A stretch of DNA of 64,000 bases. Source: Nitrosopumilus sp. (GTDB lineage Archaea > Thermoproteota > Nitrososphaeria > Nitrososphaerales > Nitrosopumilaceae). Made by a program: the position numbers and the translations under genes. Below are positions 61,292 through 64,000 of this stretch, piece after piece (the first letter of the stretch is position 1; each line of letters begins with the position of its first letter). The stretch spans positions 832,001 to 896,000 of the forward strand of contig OZ242220.1 of the NCBI GenBank assembly GCA_965206745.1. The letters run 5' to 3'. The notes below the pieces were generated by a model. It was given only the letters and a program-made list of their open reading frames with translations, ran no database searches and had not been told where the DNA came from.

Positions 61292-63505
61292 ATGATTCCA
61301 ACAATATCGGGAAACCCTTTGTACACAGGGCATCTCAAGGGCAACGATGAGCTGTATGTTACTAATGACCAACTCATTATTATTCATCAGAAAAAAGGTA
61401 ATCGTTTCACCATGAATTTAAGTGATATTCGATGTGCATTTCCAATATCTCATGACGTGGTCAGAATTTTTTGGAGAGCTACAAAATCTAAAGGCGATTA
61501 TATGTGGACGTATTGGAACAGATATCAAAAAGATTTCAAACTTGACCTGAAAAAATCATTTCCTGATAAAAAAGAGAGACAAAATGCCGAAAAGACTGAA
61601 TCCAAGAAACTGACAAATTTGATTTTACACGCAATTCAACAGACACATTCAATCAACAAACCAAACATGAAGGGTTATCTTGCAATGCATACTGGTGAGT
61701 ATCTGATGTCTTCTCATATGGGTCAATGCAAGTTTGGCAAGGGTGATGTGTTGATAACCAACTTGGGAGTCTATTTTGTAACCTTTGATAAGGGATTGTG
61801 TTTTGATATGCCACTGGATCTCTTGGATTCCTATGATTTCAAGAACAAGACTGTGAAAATTCACTATTATGAGCCAATGTGGCAAGATGGTCGTGATGAA
61901 ATCCATCGTAAAAATCATAATATCGAGATAAGGGTTACAGGTTCTGCTCAGGATGTAGTCTATTCAATTAGTAAAGCATGCACTGGTGGTGGTGTAAAAG
62001 AGATTCGCACACTTGCAAAATATGCTGATATATTTGGCAATATGGCCTCTGATGAGATTTATGCCCAATATTTTTCTGGAAAGCATGGTGTATTCAAGGA
62101 GATTGATGATTATCTTGCAATTCTTGCAAAGAGAAAATGGGGCGTACCTCCAACTCCTGAGATTGGCCTGCGTGATGCCAAAGTTGTTCTGGCTTGTCTC
62201 TGTGCTGGAGTTTCACTTGATGTTGCAGGAAACATGACTGCAAAAGACAAGCAGTTCAGGGAGAATATCGTCCGATATCATACTCAATATGAAGAATATA
62301 TTGGTAAATGTGGGGTCCTGTTGACTGATATAATGGATATTGTTACAAAAAACCTGGAATCTGATGATTCAGAAAAAATTCAAAAACAATGCAATCCCTT
62401 TATCATCTTTGATACCGTCAAAGAAATAGCTAAAAACGGTTCAATACCTGAATCATTTAATCCTGATTCTCTTATAGAATGGATCCAGTTCAAGAATGAA
62501 GTCAATACCAAAATCACGCAACAGAAACTGCTTACAATGCCATATGGTTATGATTTTGAATGGACTGACGACATATTTTGTCCTTGGAGTGTTGAGGATG
62601 CAAAAAGAATTGTATCTGATACGGATTTCTTGAAGATATTGAAATCTATCGAGCTCCTTAATGCACAATATCCTGACATTGATAAATTTCAACCTAGTTT
62701 CATGTATGCCAAAACATTTGAAATGGATCATTGTGAAGCGATAAAAGTCCGTGTAAGACGTGTCTATGATAGATGGTGTGAATCAAACCCATTAAGTGGC
62801 TTGACAAATCCTGCTGATAGAAAATGGGTCAAACATCTGACTGATAATCTCAATGAGACCAATTTGGAGATTAGACGAGATCACTTTGGCTCTGAACTGT
62901 CAGCTGTTGAAGAGATCAGAGACCTTGAAATGGAATCACAAAATATAAAGTCTCGACTTGAGAGAACCAAACTACCTGATAAAATTCCAGTCGATGATGT
63001 CTATGGTGATGCCTGGTTTGATCAAAACTATGGCAAATGGTTCACCACAAACCCATACTTTAGAATTGAAGAGTCTAGTTTGGCATTAATGACCCCTGAC
63101 GAATGTGAACAAACATATGGATACAGAGCTTTTGTATTTGATATCGATACCGTCAAGATGATACATGAATACCCTGCCATCTTCAATCCAAAAATTCAAT
63201 GGTGGGTTTTACTCTCCACTGTACCTGATGACAAAATCACAGAAAAGATGGTGAAAGAAAAATTCGTTTATGACACACTTCGTTATGAGGCTGTTGAATC
63301 TGATGTTAGTATCAGTAATGAAGGAACTATAGCATATGCAACTGAGAAAGAACTCTCCTTGCAAACTTTTAATGATGAAGGTCCTCTTTTACCTCTTGAT
63401 GAAAGAATTCGCCGATTCATATTCGCAGAAACTACTGGGTTCACTGTCTTGATCACAGAAGAAGATATGAAGCAAGAGAATTCTACAATCACAGATACTG
63501 TGTAA
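61292..63505 (+). CDS. 737-aa hypothetical protein with two N-terminal PH/GRAM-like segments
   Basis: ELYVTNDQLII...MNLSDI and GDVLITNLGVYF...MPLDLL. The rest is unrecognised. Confidence 0.75.
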   Translation: MIPTISGNPLYTGHLKGNDELYVTNDQLIIIHQKKGNRFTMNLSDIRCAFPISHDVVRIFWRATKSKGDYMWTYWNRYQKDFKLDLKKSFPDKKERQNAEKTESKKLTNLILHAIQQTHSINKPNMKGYLAMHTGEYLMSSHMGQCKFGKGDVLITNLGVYFVTFDKGLCFDMPLDLLDSYDFKNKTVKIHYYEPMWQDGRDEIHRKNHNIEIRVTGSAQDVVYSISKACTGGGVKEIRTLAKYADIFGNMASDEIYAQYFSGKHGVFKEIDDYLAILAKRKWGVPPTPEIGLRDAKVVLACLCAGVSLDVAGNMTAKDKQFRENIVRYHTQYEEYIGKCGVLLTDIMDIVTKNLESDDSEKIQKQCNPFIIFDTVKEIAKNGSIPESFNPDSLIEWIQFKNEVNTKITQQKLLTMPYGYDFEWTDDIFCPWSVEDAKRIVSDTDFLKILKSIELLNAQYPDIDKFQPSFMYAKTFEMDHCEAIKVRVRRVYDRWCESNPLSGLTNPADRKWVKHLTDNLNETNLEIRRDHFGSELSAVEEIRDLEMESQNIKSRLERTKLPDKIPVDDVYGDAWFDQNYGKWFTTNPYFRIEESSLALMTPDECEQTYGYRAFVFDIDTVKMIHEYPAIFNPKIQWWVLLSTVPDDKITEKMVKEKFVYDTLRYEAVESDVSISNEGTIAYATEKELSLQTFNDEGPLLPLDERIRRFIFAETTGFTVLITEEDMKQENSTITDTV

Positions 63506-63560
63506 TCTTGGAGATCTGAAATATGGATCTTATTTTGATTCAAAAAATCTCCGACTTTGA

Positions 63561-63737
63561 TCAAATACGGCGACTGATCATCGTTTGCGATCAGAGCTCG
63601 AGATCGGCCAGGGCATTCCATTGATCATCGATGATGATTCAAAAATAACAAAAATCATCGCAGAGAAAAAAGTCACACAAGGTAAGTCATTTTATGATGT
63701 AGAGATTGAACCCCTTCATCATCATAATGTTCAATAG
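63561..63737 (+). pseudogene. Possible Hint/intein-domain relic
   Basis: Start-less frame ATDHRL..ELEIGQGI...KITKI...FYDVEIEPLH. Confidence 0.3.
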
Positions 63738-64000
63738 TTGCCAAGACTGTATACAAGATACCTTGATCAAGATAAGTAGAGAATCTGGCATTACACAACT
63801 TTATGCATCTGTGACTGATTTTGCAGACTCTTTGGGATACTGTGAATACAAAATACCACTGTCCATTCAAGGCATAAAGCCAAAACCATCACAATCACTA
63901 ATCATGGGAACCAGAGCACACCGTGCAGAAGAAAAATATGAGCAAGAACACGTTGACCTAGAGCCGGTTTCAGCAGAACAGATAGAGGACAAGGAGGAAG
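63727..64000 (+). CDS. Exo5/Cas4-like nuclease, N-terminal part (truncated by the window end)
   Basis: Open frame LYASVTDFADSLGYCEYK...LIMGTRAHRAEE. Absent from the ORF track because it has no stop. Confidence 0.6.
   Translation, partial: MFNSCQDCIQDTLIKISRESGITQLYASVTDFADSLGYCEYKIPLSIQGIKPKPSQSLIMGTRAHRAEEKYEQEHVDLEPVSAEQIEDKEE

Overview
This window looks like chromosome of an ammonia-oxidising archaeon (Nitrosopumilaceae-like Thaumarchaeota/Nitrososphaerota). The basis is gene content: aEF-2 with the diphthamide HRG motif, stand-alone CdvA, FEN1, proteasome beta subunit, tandem-domain ThyX, futalosine-pathway MqnE/MqnD and tRNA-Ser(CGA). Most of it is housekeeping genes and short hypotheticals, including several Cys/His microproteins below the ORF-track cutoff. 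Two accessory regions stand out. (1) An AT-rich defence island (~50.4-57.2 kb) has two convergent beta-class DNA methyltransferases flanking a nuclease built from two fused PvuII-like domains. The first domain has Asn at the catalytic Asp position, so it is a candidate natural nickase. The island also carries a Cys/His microprotein that has a second copy at 37.4 kb, a GmrSD (DUF262+HNH) protein, a minimal HNH protein and transposase debris. (2) A second region starts at the 3' end of the aEF-2 gene, a known casposon target in this lineage. It carries a 737-aa orphan with two PH-like segments, a Hint-like relic and an Exo5/Cas4-like nuclease that runs off the window. Other notable items are a histone-H1-like Lys/Arg repeat protein, a signal-less collagen with 120 uninterrupted Gly-X-Y triplets, a recent pseudogene and an IS66 relic after the tRNA. 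All family calls come from reading motifs by eye; no searches were run. No rRNA or CRISPR array was seen.
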